Shown: piece after piece, positions 1-8,472 of the stretch | Position numbering within the stretch: position 1 is the first letter of the stretch | Layout: each line of letters opens with the position of its first letter | Assembly (NCBI GenBank): GCA_038211115.1 | Contig: JBBQVX010000003.1 | Span: 2,376 to 66,375, forward strand | Length of the DNA: 64,000 bases | DNA from: Elusimicrobiota bacterium | GTDB lineage: Bacteria; Elusimicrobiota; Elusimicrobia; UBA1565; UBA9628 | Reading direction: 5' to 3' | Program-made: the position numbers and the translations under genes | Notes under the pieces: generated by a model | Databases searched by the model: none | Told to the model about the DNA's origin: nothing | Seen by the model: the letters and a program-made list of their open reading frames with translations, nothing else

Positions 1-1220
1 CAGCATTTCACGCCGCGGCGCAGCCGGACCTCCTCGAGTTCGCCGATCCGGGCCTGTCCTGAGGCGATGACGGAGAGGTCGTTCCGGTGGTACGCGCGCG
101 CGAGCTCGGTGGAGAAGAATTCGTCGGCGCGGCGCCCCTCGATGTCCGCCGCAGGCTTCCGGAGCCAGCGCGCGGCCGCGCGGTTGCAGCGCAGGATGCG
201 GTTGTCGGCGTCCTTGTACCAGATCATCGCGCGGACGGTGTCGAGGATCAGCGCCTGCTCGGCTTCCTGGCGGCGTAGTGCGTTCTCGGCGCGGCGGCGC
301 TCGGCCAGCTCGTTTTCGGCGGCGTCGTGAAGCCTGGCCTTCTCGATCGCGGCGGCGGCGCGCGTCGCGAGCTGCTCGGCGAGCACGAGATCCGCCAGGG
401 AGAGCGGGCGCCAGCCGGAGTCGGCGCCGATGGTCAGCGTGCCGAGCGTCTTGCCGCGCGAGCGCAGCGGGACGCACATGTACGCGGCGATGTCGAGTTC
501 CCGGAGGAGCCGCAGATGCTCCGGCGAGGTCGCGAGGCGCGCGTCGAAGTCCCCCGCCGTGCGGGCGACGAACTCGGAGCGTCCGGAGTTCATGACGCGG
601 TGCACCGGGTGGCGCCGGTCGCCCTCGGACGCGTGCAGCGCGGCGAGCTCGTGCAGCAGGCTCGTGCGCCCGGGCACCTCGTGCAGGACCTCCGGCACGA
701 GAAGGCGGCCGCTGGCGCGGAGGGTGATCGAGCACCACTGTCCCAGGCGGGGAACGGCCGAGGCGCACAGGACGCGCAGGGTCTCCCCGAGGTCGCGGGC
801 GTCCGTCAGCGCCTCCGAGGCCGTGACGAGGAACATCAGCCGCTCACGAGAGTCCTCGGCCTGACGGGTGAGCGCGCCTTCCTTCGTGGCTGCGTTCGCG
901 CGCAGACGGGCGAGCTCGAGGTGGGTTTCGACGCGCTCGAGCAGCTCGGCCGGCTCGAACTCCTCCCGCACGCTCCCGTCCGCGCTCAGCGGCGCGCGGG
1001 CGCCCTTCGCGCGCACGACGATGACCGGCCACGGCGCCGGCGCCCGCTCGAAGCTCGCCCAGTCGCGTTCGCTGACGACGGCCAGGACGATTTCGCCCGG
1101 CTGCCCGCCGTCGTCCGCCTCGACCACCTGGTAGGCGGGGGTGAGCGCGGACTTCAGCCGCTCGCGCAGGCGCGCGTCGGACGAGACGATCAGGAGGCGG
1201 GGCGTCCCGAGGAGGGTCAT
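1..1220 (-). CDS. Signal-transduction protein, C-terminally truncated by window edge: receiver-like N-terminus + GAF + PAS
   Basis: Not in the ORF track because no stop lies in the window. Hand translation of the minus strand from ATG (complement of 1218-1220) gives MTLLGTPRLLIVSSDARLRERLKSAL..., a GAF-like stretch (..YMCVPLRSRGKTLGTLTIGADSG..) and a PAS-like stretch (..ILDTVRAMIWYKDADNRILRCNRAAARWL..). The frame stays open to position 1. Confidence 0.6.
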   Translation of the reverse strand, partial: MTLLGTPRLLIVSSDARLRERLKSALTPAYQVVEADDGGQPGEIVLAVVSERDWASFERAPAPWPVIVVRAKGARAPLSADGSVREEFEPAELLERVETHLELARLRANAATKEGALTRQAEDSRERLMFLVTASEALTDARDLGETLRVLCASAVPRLGQWCSITLRASGRLLVPEVLHEVPGRTSLLHELAALHASEGDRRHPVHRVMNSGRSEFVARTAGDFDARLATSPEHLRLLRELDIAAYMCVPLRSRGKTLGTLTIGADSGWRPLSLADLVLAEQLATRAAAAIEKARLHDAAENELAERRRAENALRRQEAEQALILDTVRAMIWYKDADNRILRCNRAAARWLRKPAADIEGRRADEFFSTELARAYHRNDLSVIASGQARIGELEEVRLRRGVKC

Positions 1221-1307
1221 TCGCGGGTGAAGGGCCCTTATGATAACACCGATGCCCCCGTCGAAAGGCGACCGGGAGGTCGCATTCCTTTGACGGATTT
1301 GCGACGG

Positions 1308-2099
1308 TCAGTTCTCGAGGTAGGTGAGCAGGCGCTTGCGCCAGGCCGGGAGCCAGCGCGCCTCGTTGCGGGAGGGATCGCTGTTCGCGACGCGGCGGGT
1401 GAGCGCCGCGTCGGCGGACTTCTCGAAGGACTCCACGGAGGCCTGCCCGTCCGCGACGTCGTCCATGCCCTCGAGGACTTGGAGCAGGCCCCAGCCCTGG
1501 CCGTTGTAGCGCTCGGTGAGGCTGACGCCCTCGCCCTTGAAGTTCACGTAGTCCATCAGCGCGTACACGCCGTTGGGCGCGGCGGCCACGCGGTCGAAGC
1601 GCGCCTGGAGCGAGGCGCGCTCGGCCAACGGAGCGGCGGCGAGCACCTTCGGCAGGGCGGCCTCGACACGGTCGGCCGCGTAGCGCGCCTGGATCCCGAT
1701 GGTGTCCGCGAGCATCTGGCGCAGCTCGTTCGTGCGCGCGCTGTGGAACTCGCGGTCGAACTCGTCCTTGTCGCGCCAGGGGCACGGCGGCTTCGCCTGG
1801 AGCCAGGCGGGCATCGAAGCGCCTGCGGCCGCCAGCGCGTCGATCAGTCCCGGAAAGCTCTCGACGAACGGTCCGCGCTCGTCCTTCTTATACCAGATGA
1901 AATGGCCGATGCCGAGCGACGCGAAGTTCTCGCCCGCGTTCCAGTGCGTGAGCCTTTCCACGGACTGCCCCGCCTCGTTCTGCCAGATCTTTTTACCGAT
2001 CTTGAGGGCGTCGGCGTCGCTGAGCCGGATGCCGGCGTGGGCGCACGACGACGCGGCGAGCACGGCGGCGCACAGCAGGGCGCTTTTCATGAGCTTCAT
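1308..2099 (-). CDS. Secreted protein of unknown function (signal peptide)
   Basis: The real gene is the 3' part of track ORF 1308..3251. It starts at MKLMKSALLCAAVLAASSCAHA (ATG = complement of 2097-2099) and overlaps the upstream gene stop by 4 bp (ATGA). No family recognised (motif HWNAGENFASLGIGHFIWY). Confidence 0.7.
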   Translation of the reverse strand: MKLMKSALLCAAVLAASSCAHAGIRLSDADALKIGKKIWQNEAGQSVERLTHWNAGENFASLGIGHFIWYKKDERGPFVESFPGLIDALAAAGASMPAWLQAKPPCPWRDKDEFDREFHSARTNELRQMLADTIGIQARYAADRVEAALPKVLAAAPLAERASLQARFDRVAAAPNGVYALMDYVNFKGEGVSLTERYNGQGWGLLQVLEGMDDVADGQASVESFEKSADAALTRRVANSDPSRNEARWLPAWRKRLLTYLEN

Positions 2100-2830
2100 T
2101 TTAGCACGGCCCGCGCGTCGATTCCCTCGTGGAACCGCCAGGCGGCGACGAAGGCGGCGGCCGTGAGGACGTGCCAGGCTGCGTGGAGCTGGAACAGGTG
2201 GTCGTCGGGCCGGCACGCGAAGTCCGCGTGGTCGAGGTGCCAGCACGCGTAAGCGGCGATCAGGAGGAACTGCATGAGCCAGAAGGAGCCGTAGGACGGA
2301 GCGTCGCGCTTGACGAGCATCAGGCGGAGCTCCAGGGCGGCGAGGGCCAGCGCCTGGACGAGGACGGTGGTCTGGATTCCCAAGCCCGCGGCGCGGAAGG
2401 CGAACAGGGCGGCGAGGCTCGCCGCGCACAGCCCGGCCCAGAACCGTAGCGCGCCCCGCTCGTCGAGCGCGCCCGCGCGCCTCAGCCCGCGCGCGAGCGC
2501 CCAGCCGAGGAGGAGGTACATGCCCGCGTAGTCGAGGACCTGGCCCGCGAAGGTGTAGGACGTGTGGAACGCGATGGAGGTGACTCCGACGACGATCGAG
2601 ACCGGGCCGAGGCCGCCGGCCGACAACGCGTCGCGCTTCGCGGATTTCCGCCAGATCCACGCCCCGACGGCGAGATAGGCGAGGTTCGACCAGGTGTTCG
2701 CCGGAGCCGCGATCCACCCGACCAGGTTGGCCTCGCAATGCTTGATGTCGGGCAAGGTCCAGCCGCTCCAGGGGGAACCGACGGGGGCGGGGGGGACGAG
2801 GCGCGGGTTCACGACGACACTGTACTCCAA
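2096..2830 (-). CDS. Ceramidase-family polytopic membrane hydrolase-like protein
   Basis: 244 aa, about 7 TM. N-terminal HCEANLVGWIAAPANTWSNLAYL and C-terminal HLFQLHAAWHVLTA resemble the alkaline ceramidase (PF05875-type) signature. Confidence 0.65.
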   Translation of the reverse strand: MEYSVVVNPRLVPPAPVGSPWSGWTLPDIKHCEANLVGWIAAPANTWSNLAYLAVGAWIWRKSAKRDALSAGGLGPVSIVVGVTSIAFHTSYTFAGQVLDYAGMYLLLGWALARGLRRAGALDERGALRFWAGLCAASLAALFAFRAAGLGIQTTVLVQALALAALELRLMLVKRDAPSYGSFWLMQFLLIAAYACWHLDHADFACRPDDHLFQLHAAWHVLTAAAFVAAWRFHEGIDARAVLK

Positions 2831-2943
2831 AACGATCCGGGTGGTCTAGGACGCAGGTCCCAGGCGCGCCTAGGCCGCTTGGCGGGCCGTTTTGGCCCCT
2901 GCGGCCCACGGGGGTCCCGGGAGCCTCTTGGTAGGATAGAAGC

Positions 2944-3471
2944 ATGAAGAACCCCATTTTCGCCGCGATCGCCGTCCTGCTGCTCAGCGTCTGCGCCTCC
3001 GCCCAGAACGCCGGCTCGTGGGAGAAGCTCGAAGGCCAGCACAGCCGGATTTCGGAGCGCCGTACCGTCGCCGTCACCGATACGGCGGCTTGGGAGAAGG
3101 TTTGGAAGGAGCACTCGTCCGACTCCGCCGCGCCCGCCGTGGACTTCTCGAAGGAAAGCGTGGTCGCGGTGTTCCTCGGCGAGACGAAGACCTCCGGCGT
3201 CAAGATCGAGATCGTGGTCCAGCGGGACATGATCGACGCGAACCGTCTCAACGTGTTCTACAAGGAAATCCCCGCCGGCAAGAAGGGATTCTCCGCGGCC
3301 GTGATCTGCCAGCCGTACGCGATGATCAAGGTTCCCAAGACCAAGATCGTCTCTTTCGAGGTCAACGGCCGCGTGTCGACCCCGGAAGCCGCCAAGGTCC
3401 CGAGCAACCCCCGTGACACGGCCAAGGTCCGCATGCTGCTCGAGACCCTGCCGTCCTTCGACGGGCGCTGA
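2944..3471 (+). CDS. Secreted PrcB_C-like (protease complex subunit PrcB family) protein
   Basis: Signal peptide MKNPIFAAIAVLLLSVCASA. VVAVFLGETKTSGVKIEI...LNVFYKEI...CQPYAMIKVPK matches the PrcB C-terminal domain pattern as I remember it. Confidence 0.6.
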   Translation: MKNPIFAAIAVLLLSVCASAQNAGSWEKLEGQHSRISERRTVAVTDTAAWEKVWKEHSSDSAAPAVDFSKESVVAVFLGETKTSGVKIEIVVQRDMIDANRLNVFYKEIPAGKKGFSAAVICQPYAMIKVPKTKIVSFEVNGRVSTPEAAKVPSNPRDTAKVRMLLETLPSFDGR

Positions 3472-3517
3472 ACCGCTAGGCCTTCGGACCCGGGTGGCCG
3501 CTAGGCTGCCCGACCCC

Positions 3518-3546
3518 TCGACAATTCGGGTTTCCGGGCCTATACT
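3518..3546 (+). promoter_or_regulatory. Sigma70-like promoter of array gene 1 (-35 TCGACA, 17-bp spacer, -10 TATACT)
   Basis: TCGACA at 3518-3523 and TATACT at 3541-3546. The GTG start at 3553 is only 6 nt downstream and has no SD. Confidence 0.5.
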
Positions 3547-3552
3547 CCCAGT

Positions 3553-6500
3553 GTGAAGCGACCCCTCGCCTCCGCCCTCGCCTTCCTTATTGTCCTGCTT
3601 TCACCGGGTGCGCCCGCCTATCAGGCGTTCGCGCAGACCGTCGGAAAGACCGGCGGGGCTGCGGGCTCGACCGGCGACGCCGCGAACTCCGTCAACTCGG
3701 GGATCAATAACGGCGTCACCGTTCCGCTGGCGCTTCCCGTACAGACGTTGGGCCTCAACGGGACCCTCAATACCGCCGCGATCGTCCCTATCCTTAATAA
3801 CGCGGTCAATCCGGCCCTGACCCCCGCCTTGATCCCGTCGCTGACGCCGGCGGCGATTGCCGGCGTCACGCCGACGTCTCTTGTCGTGCCCCTCGCGCTG
3901 ACTCCCTCGCGCCTAGCACCTGCGACCTCGGACGGCCAGACGGGCAAGATCCTCGTTCCCGTCGCGCTCAAGCCGACGGCGAAAATCGGGACAGGCCAGA
4001 GCGGCCTGTCGGCTGCGTCGAAGCAGATCGATGGCCTGTCGCGGACCGCGGCGCCCATCGTCGAAGGAGTCAAGAACGGCGACGCGACCCTCGCCCTAAA
4101 CGGCGTTTACGAAAACGGCTCCGCGCATGGGGAACTCGGCGCGGTGAAAGGCCGCTCGGGCCTCGGTGCCCTGCGCTCCGGGCTCAAGAAGTCGGCGCCG
4201 TCGACCGGCCAGCAGACGACGGCGGAGGTGCCGGCTGCCGCGGCTCCCGCCGCCAAAGCGAACCTGTGGCAGCGCGTCAAGTCGACCTTCGATCTCTCCG
4301 AGTTCAACAAGAGCGAGAAGTCCTACATCCTCGGCCAAGCGGTCTTCCTGTTCGCGATCTCGGTGTACCTCGCCTCCCTGCCGCTGCTCGTCAAGGCGTT
4401 GACGGGCGACGCCGCGATGACGGGCGTCGCGCGCATGGTCCACTACTGGGTGTTCGGCGGCGCGTCGCTCTTCGCGGGCGCCGTCGTCGGCAAGAACCCG
4501 ATGAAGCGCATTCTCGTCGGCGCCGCCGGCGGGCGCGCCCTGCTGTTCGGCACGATCGGCGCGCTGGCGCTGTTCGGCGGCCTGCCGTGGGCGGGCTTCC
4601 TGGTGCTCGTCGGCGTGAACTCCCTGCTCGTCGCCCACAACCATCTCGTCGACATCGACACGGGCGGCGCGGCCAAAATATTCAAGGGCGCGGACCAGAA
4701 GTCCACCGATCACAAGATCGAGAAGGCCGGCTACGTCTACGACTTCATCTACTACGGCATGATGCTGGTCGTGCCGGCCCTGATCGGCCTGCCGATGGAC
4801 TGGCTCGACGGGCGCTACGGCGCGGGCATCGGCGCCGCGGCCGGCTTCTCCCTGTTCGCGGCCCTGATGGGCGTGGTTTCCTATATATACGCGAAGCGGG
4901 TGGTGACCGTCGGCGACGCGATTTCGGCGCCTTTGGCCGGAATCAAGGACTTCTTCGCGCGCGCGGCCTCCGCGATCAGGACGTTCGGGCGCATCCTGCT
5001 CGACGTGCCGCGCCGCAACTTGGCGACGGCCAAGATCATCTTCCAGAACAAGGCGATCCTCGCCCGCTCCGCGATGGCGACGATGGAGAATTTCGTCGAG
5101 GACGCGCTGTTCGCCGTCGTCCTGCCGACGTTCGCGATCGATATCCTCAAGGTCGGCGCGTTCGGCAACGGCCTGCTGCTGTCCGCGATCACCGGCGGCG
5201 GGCTCGTCGCTTCGATGTTCCTGATGAAGCGCATCCAAGCGCTGCAGAAGAAGCACGGCACCTATAAAGTCCTGGCCGGCCTCACCGCGGTCGCGGCGCT
5301 CGCCTTCGTCCCCTCGATCGGCCTGTGGCTCGTGCCGTCGATCGCGCTCGCGATTCCCGCCGTGTTCATGATGAAGCTCATGCTGCAGCCGCTGCGCTCG
5401 CGCATGCGCGCCCTGCTGCAGACGGAGATCAAGAACGATCCGAAGGCCGCGCCTCACGCCGACGACATCTACAGCCTGATGACGTTCGTCGAGGTGCTCG
5501 CGGCCGGCGCGGGCGGGCTCGCGTTCTCGTGGCTGTTCCATCATTCCGTGGCCGGGACCGGCCTCTCTTTGGCCTTGGGCGCGCTCGCGCCGATGAAGAT
5601 CATCACGATCATCCTCGTCGCCATGGGCCTCGTCTACTTCGGCGGCCTGCGCTGGGTCAAGCAGCAGCTCAGCAAGCCGACGCATACCGTCCACCAGTCC
5701 CCCGAAGGCAACGAGGCGAAGATGCTCGAGCGCCTCGCGACCAGCCTCCAGGAGAACGGACTGCCCGAGTACAAGACCGCCGTCGTCAACGGCGAGGCGA
5801 GCGAGGACCTTCCCACGATCGCCGTGCTGGCGCCCGCGTCCCGCCACAAGATCGCGCTCGCGCGGGAGGGCGGCCGCCAGTCCCCGGGCGACTTCCATCT
5901 CGTGCTCGACTCCTCGTGGCTGATCCAGGAGACCTATCCCGACGGGCGCACGAAGCTTCTCGTCAAGAAGGCCGTGACCTTCGACGAAAAGGGCCAGGCC
6001 ACCGTCGTCGACTACGAGATTCCTCGTCGCGTACGCTACTTCGCGGACTACTTCACGCTCGGCTCGAACGACCGCGACGACGGCGTCGTCTTCGAGAAAA
6101 ATCTCGACGTGCCGCAGTCGAACTCGCTGCAGCTCGAGAAGGTCGTCAACGACAAGCTCGGCACGCGCCTGATCATGGCCGCCAGGGGCGTGGCCGTGCC
6201 CGCGACGTTGGCCCTGCTGATGCCCCTGCATCACCTCGCGGGCCAGCCGATGCTGACGCACGGCAGCGTGCAGGTTGCATTGATGCCCGCGGCCGAGTCG
6301 CGCGAGGCCGAGGTCGGCCGGCTCGTCGACGAGTATCTCGCGAATTTCAAGGGGGAGGAGCTCGTCGTGAAGCCCTCCGGGCCGCAGTTCCACTCCGGCC
6401 GCGGCGTGAAGTTCTTCAAGAAGTCCGAACGCGACGCGATCGTCGCGCACGCGCTGGCGCTGGCCGTCGACGGCCAGATGACGGAAGACGGCGCCGTCTT

Positions 6501-8373
6501 GCTGGACGAGCGCGTCAATTCGGCTCCCTTGAGCCGCGACGGCCGCAAGATGGAGACGACGGGGCGCATCCTCGTCGCGCGTACGCCTTGGGGCGGCGCG
6601 GTGACCACCGGGATGTTCGGGCGCGTCGGACCGTGGGGCAAGCCGACGACCGCCGAGGCGGCCGACCCGCGCGACAACGCGGTGATCGACTCGATGGAGA
6701 ATCTGTACGCCGAGTGGAAGAAGGCGGGCCTGCTCGACGACCACAGCGCCAAGGAGCTCGACGCGCTGATGCGCAAGACCGGCGAGGACGCGCTGCTCGC
6801 GATCGCCGAGTACGAGAAGAAGTTCGAGCGTAAGGACGGCGAGCCCTACCAGGCTCAGAGCGACATGATCGGTCTCGACGTGATGGTCGAGAAGCGCGAC
6901 GGCAAGCTCGTTCCCGTCATCATCGAGGTCAACGACCACGACTCCGGCGGCCAGTTCAACCTCGATAAGATGGGCCTGTACGGCATCGGCGAGCACTCCC
7001 GCGAGTGGGTCGCGACGATGCTCCAGCGCGCGCGTCGCGACGCCCTCAAGGGCAAGCGCGTCGTGCTCGTCGGCGCCGGCTACGCGGGCAAGCGCTTCAT
7101 CTTCGAGAAGGCGAAGAAGCTCGGCGTCGAGATCATCCTCGTCGACAAAAAGACCCCGTTCGTGTCCGACCTGATCCGCGACGGCCTGATCTCCGAGCTC
7201 ATCGAGACGGACAACGCCAAGCCCAAGGAAGCGCTGGCCTCGGCCAAGAAGAAGCTGCAGAAATCGATCCGCAAGAACGGGAAGATCGAAGGCATGACCA
7301 CTTTCTGGGAAGACGACGTGCCGCTGACGGCGGACCTGGCCAAGGAGCTCGGCCTGCCGTACCACACCCAGGATGCCGCCAAGTCCGTGCGCAGCAAGGC
7401 CGTGACGCGCGCCGTGATGGAAAAGGCCGGCTTGCCGACGCCGAGAAACCGCAAGGTGTCCTTGCCCGTCAAGATCGGCGCGGGCGACGCCGTCTACGCG
7501 AACGCGGTCGACGCGGCGCGCAAGCAGTTCGAGAAGGATCTGGTTCATGTCGGCTATCCTGCGGTGCTCAAGCCCGCGTTCGGCGCCGCCGCGATGGGCG
7601 TCAAGAAGGTGACGAACCACGCCGAGGCCCTGGCCGCCTTCGACGAAGTCCGCGCGATCGTCACGCCCGAGGTCGACCCGATCTTCGCCCAGGGCGCGGA
7701 CCTCGTGCTCGAGCAGTACCTCGACGGCCGCGAGTACGACGTCGACGTCGTGATGCGCGGCGGCAAGCCCATTTTCGTCTCCGTCACGGACAACTGGCCC
7801 ACGCGCGAGCCCTATTTCCTCGCGACGGGCTCGAGCCTCCCGAGCCGCCTGCTCAACGCGAAGGAGCAGAAAGAAGCCGGCGATCTCGCGATTTTGACCG
7901 CGCAGGCCCTCGGCCTGACCGACGGCGTGGTCCACATCGAGGGCAAGTACACGAAGGAAGGCGCGCGCATCATCGAGGCCAACGGCCGCATGGGCGGCGA
8001 ATACGTCCACGATTGGGTGGAGGCCGTCTGGGGCGTGAGTCTCGTCGAGGAGAACTTGATGGCCGCGACGCGCGTCGGCGGCAAGCCGTTCATGGCGCCG
8101 CAGCCGCTCACGCATCTCGAGGGCGAGTTCATCATCCCGACCGAGTCCGGCGTCATCTCCGACTTCGACCTGCCGGAGTCGGCGCGCCTGCAGGCCGGCT
8201 TCCACGAGCTGCGCGTGAAGAAGAAGGTCGGAGACCGCATCGCGGTGCCGCCCCACGGCTACGAGCGCGCGGGCATGCTCGTCGCGCGCGGGAAGACCAC
8301 GGCCGAGGCCCAGAAGAACCTCGACGCGCTCCGCGCGAATCTCCTCCTCAACATCAAGCCCGAGAAGAAATAG
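3553..8373 (+). CDS. Array protein 1 (1606 aa): shared N-terminal module + MFS-like permease + two ATP-grasp ligase modules
   Basis: Signal peptide ..APAYQAFA|QTVG, then a low-complexity stretch (LTPALIPSLTPAAIAGVTPTSLVVPLALTPS). MFS-like TM block at ~4320-5660 (motif-A-like GKNPMKRILVGAAGGRAL). ATP-grasp 1 at ~6150-6960 (ELVVKPSGPQFHSGRGV, VIIEVNDHDSGG). ATP-grasp 2 at ~7050-8373, L-amino-acid-ligase/carnosine-synthase-like (KRVVLVGAGYAGKRF, YPAVLKPAFGAAAMGV, EQYLDGREYDVDV, IIEANGRMGG). Confidence 0.85.
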   Translation: MKRPLASALAFLIVLLSPGAPAYQAFAQTVGKTGGAAGSTGDAANSVNSGINNGVTVPLALPVQTLGLNGTLNTAAIVPILNNAVNPALTPALIPSLTPAAIAGVTPTSLVVPLALTPSRLAPATSDGQTGKILVPVALKPTAKIGTGQSGLSAASKQIDGLSRTAAPIVEGVKNGDATLALNGVYENGSAHGELGAVKGRSGLGALRSGLKKSAPSTGQQTTAEVPAAAAPAAKANLWQRVKSTFDLSEFNKSEKSYILGQAVFLFAISVYLASLPLLVKALTGDAAMTGVARMVHYWVFGGASLFAGAVVGKNPMKRILVGAAGGRALLFGTIGALALFGGLPWAGFLVLVGVNSLLVAHNHLVDIDTGGAAKIFKGADQKSTDHKIEKAGYVYDFIYYGMMLVVPALIGLPMDWLDGRYGAGIGAAAGFSLFAALMGVVSYIYAKRVVTVGDAISAPLAGIKDFFARAASAIRTFGRILLDVPRRNLATAKIIFQNKAILARSAMATMENFVEDALFAVVLPTFAIDILKVGAFGNGLLLSAITGGGLVASMFLMKRIQALQKKHGTYKVLAGLTAVAALAFVPSIGLWLVPSIALAIPAVFMMKLMLQPLRSRMRALLQTEIKNDPKAAPHADDIYSLMTFVEVLAAGAGGLAFSWLFHHSVAGTGLSLALGALAPMKIITIILVAMGLVYFGGLRWVKQQLSKPTHTVHQSPEGNEAKMLERLATSLQENGLPEYKTAVVNGEASEDLPTIAVLAPASRHKIALAREGGRQSPGDFHLVLDSSWLIQETYPDGRTKLLVKKAVTFDEKGQATVVDYEIPRRVRYFADYFTLGSNDRDDGVVFEKNLDVPQSNSLQLEKVVNDKLGTRLIMAARGVAVPATLALLMPLHHLAGQPMLTHGSVQVALMPAAESREAEVGRLVDEYLANFKGEELVVKPSGPQFHSGRGVKFFKKSERDAIVAHALALAVDGQMTEDGAVLLDERVNSAPLSRDGRKMETTGRILVARTPWGGAVTTGMFGRVGPWGKPTTAEAADPRDNAVIDSMENLYAEWKKAGLLDDHSAKELDALMRKTGEDALLAIAEYEKKFERKDGEPYQAQSDMIGLDVMVEKRDGKLVPVIIEVNDHDSGGQFNLDKMGLYGIGEHSREWVATMLQRARRDALKGKRVVLVGAGYAGKRFIFEKAKKLGVEIILVDKKTPFVSDLIRDGLISELIETDNAKPKEALASAKKKLQKSIRKNGKIEGMTTFWEDDVPLTADLAKELGLPYHTQDAAKSVRSKAVTRAVMEKAGLPTPRNRKVSLPVKIGAGDAVYANAVDAARKQFEKDLVHVGYPAVLKPAFGAAAMGVKKVTNHAEALAAFDEVRAIVTPEVDPIFAQGADLVLEQYLDGREYDVDVVMRGGKPIFVSVTDNWPTREPYFLATGSSLPSRLLNAKEQKEAGDLAILTAQALGLTDGVVHIEGKYTKEGARIIEANGRMGGEYVHDWVEAVWGVSLVEENLMAATRVGGKPFMAPQPLTHLEGEFIIPTESGVISDFDLPESARLQAGFHELRVKKKVGDRIAVPPHGYERAGMLVARGKTTAEAQKNLDALRANLLLNIKPEKK

Positions 8374-8401
8374 CTCCGGGTCCTGCGGGCCGAAAATCCT
8401 A

Positions 8402-8466
8402 GGCCCATTCCCGTCGAGAAAGCGGGCCCTTCGGACCTGGGGTCCTCCTTGCTGCGGTGATAGACT
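8402..8466 (+). promoter_or_regulatory. Conserved upstream element + -10-like box of array gene 2
   Basis: GGCCCATTCCCGTCGAGAAAGCGGGCCCTTCGGACC (8402-8437), then 21-23 nt, then GATAGACT (TAGACT at 8461-8466), with ATG 6 nt later. Same architecture as 9823-9889 and 19726-19790. Confidence 0.45.
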
Positions 8467-8472
8467 CGGCTC

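Noticed and set aside
4096-8256. 1386-aa ORF antisense to array gene 1. Similar giant antisense or out-of-frame ORFs: 16547-18985 (-), 20612-24373 (-), 24781-27909 (-), 9894-12065 (-), 327-2252 (+).
   Set aside because: Their translations are Arg/Ala/Gly/Asp/His-rich with no recognisable motifs. That is typical of stop-codon-poor alternative frames in high-GC DNA. The opposite or other frame carries clear domain signatures in every case.
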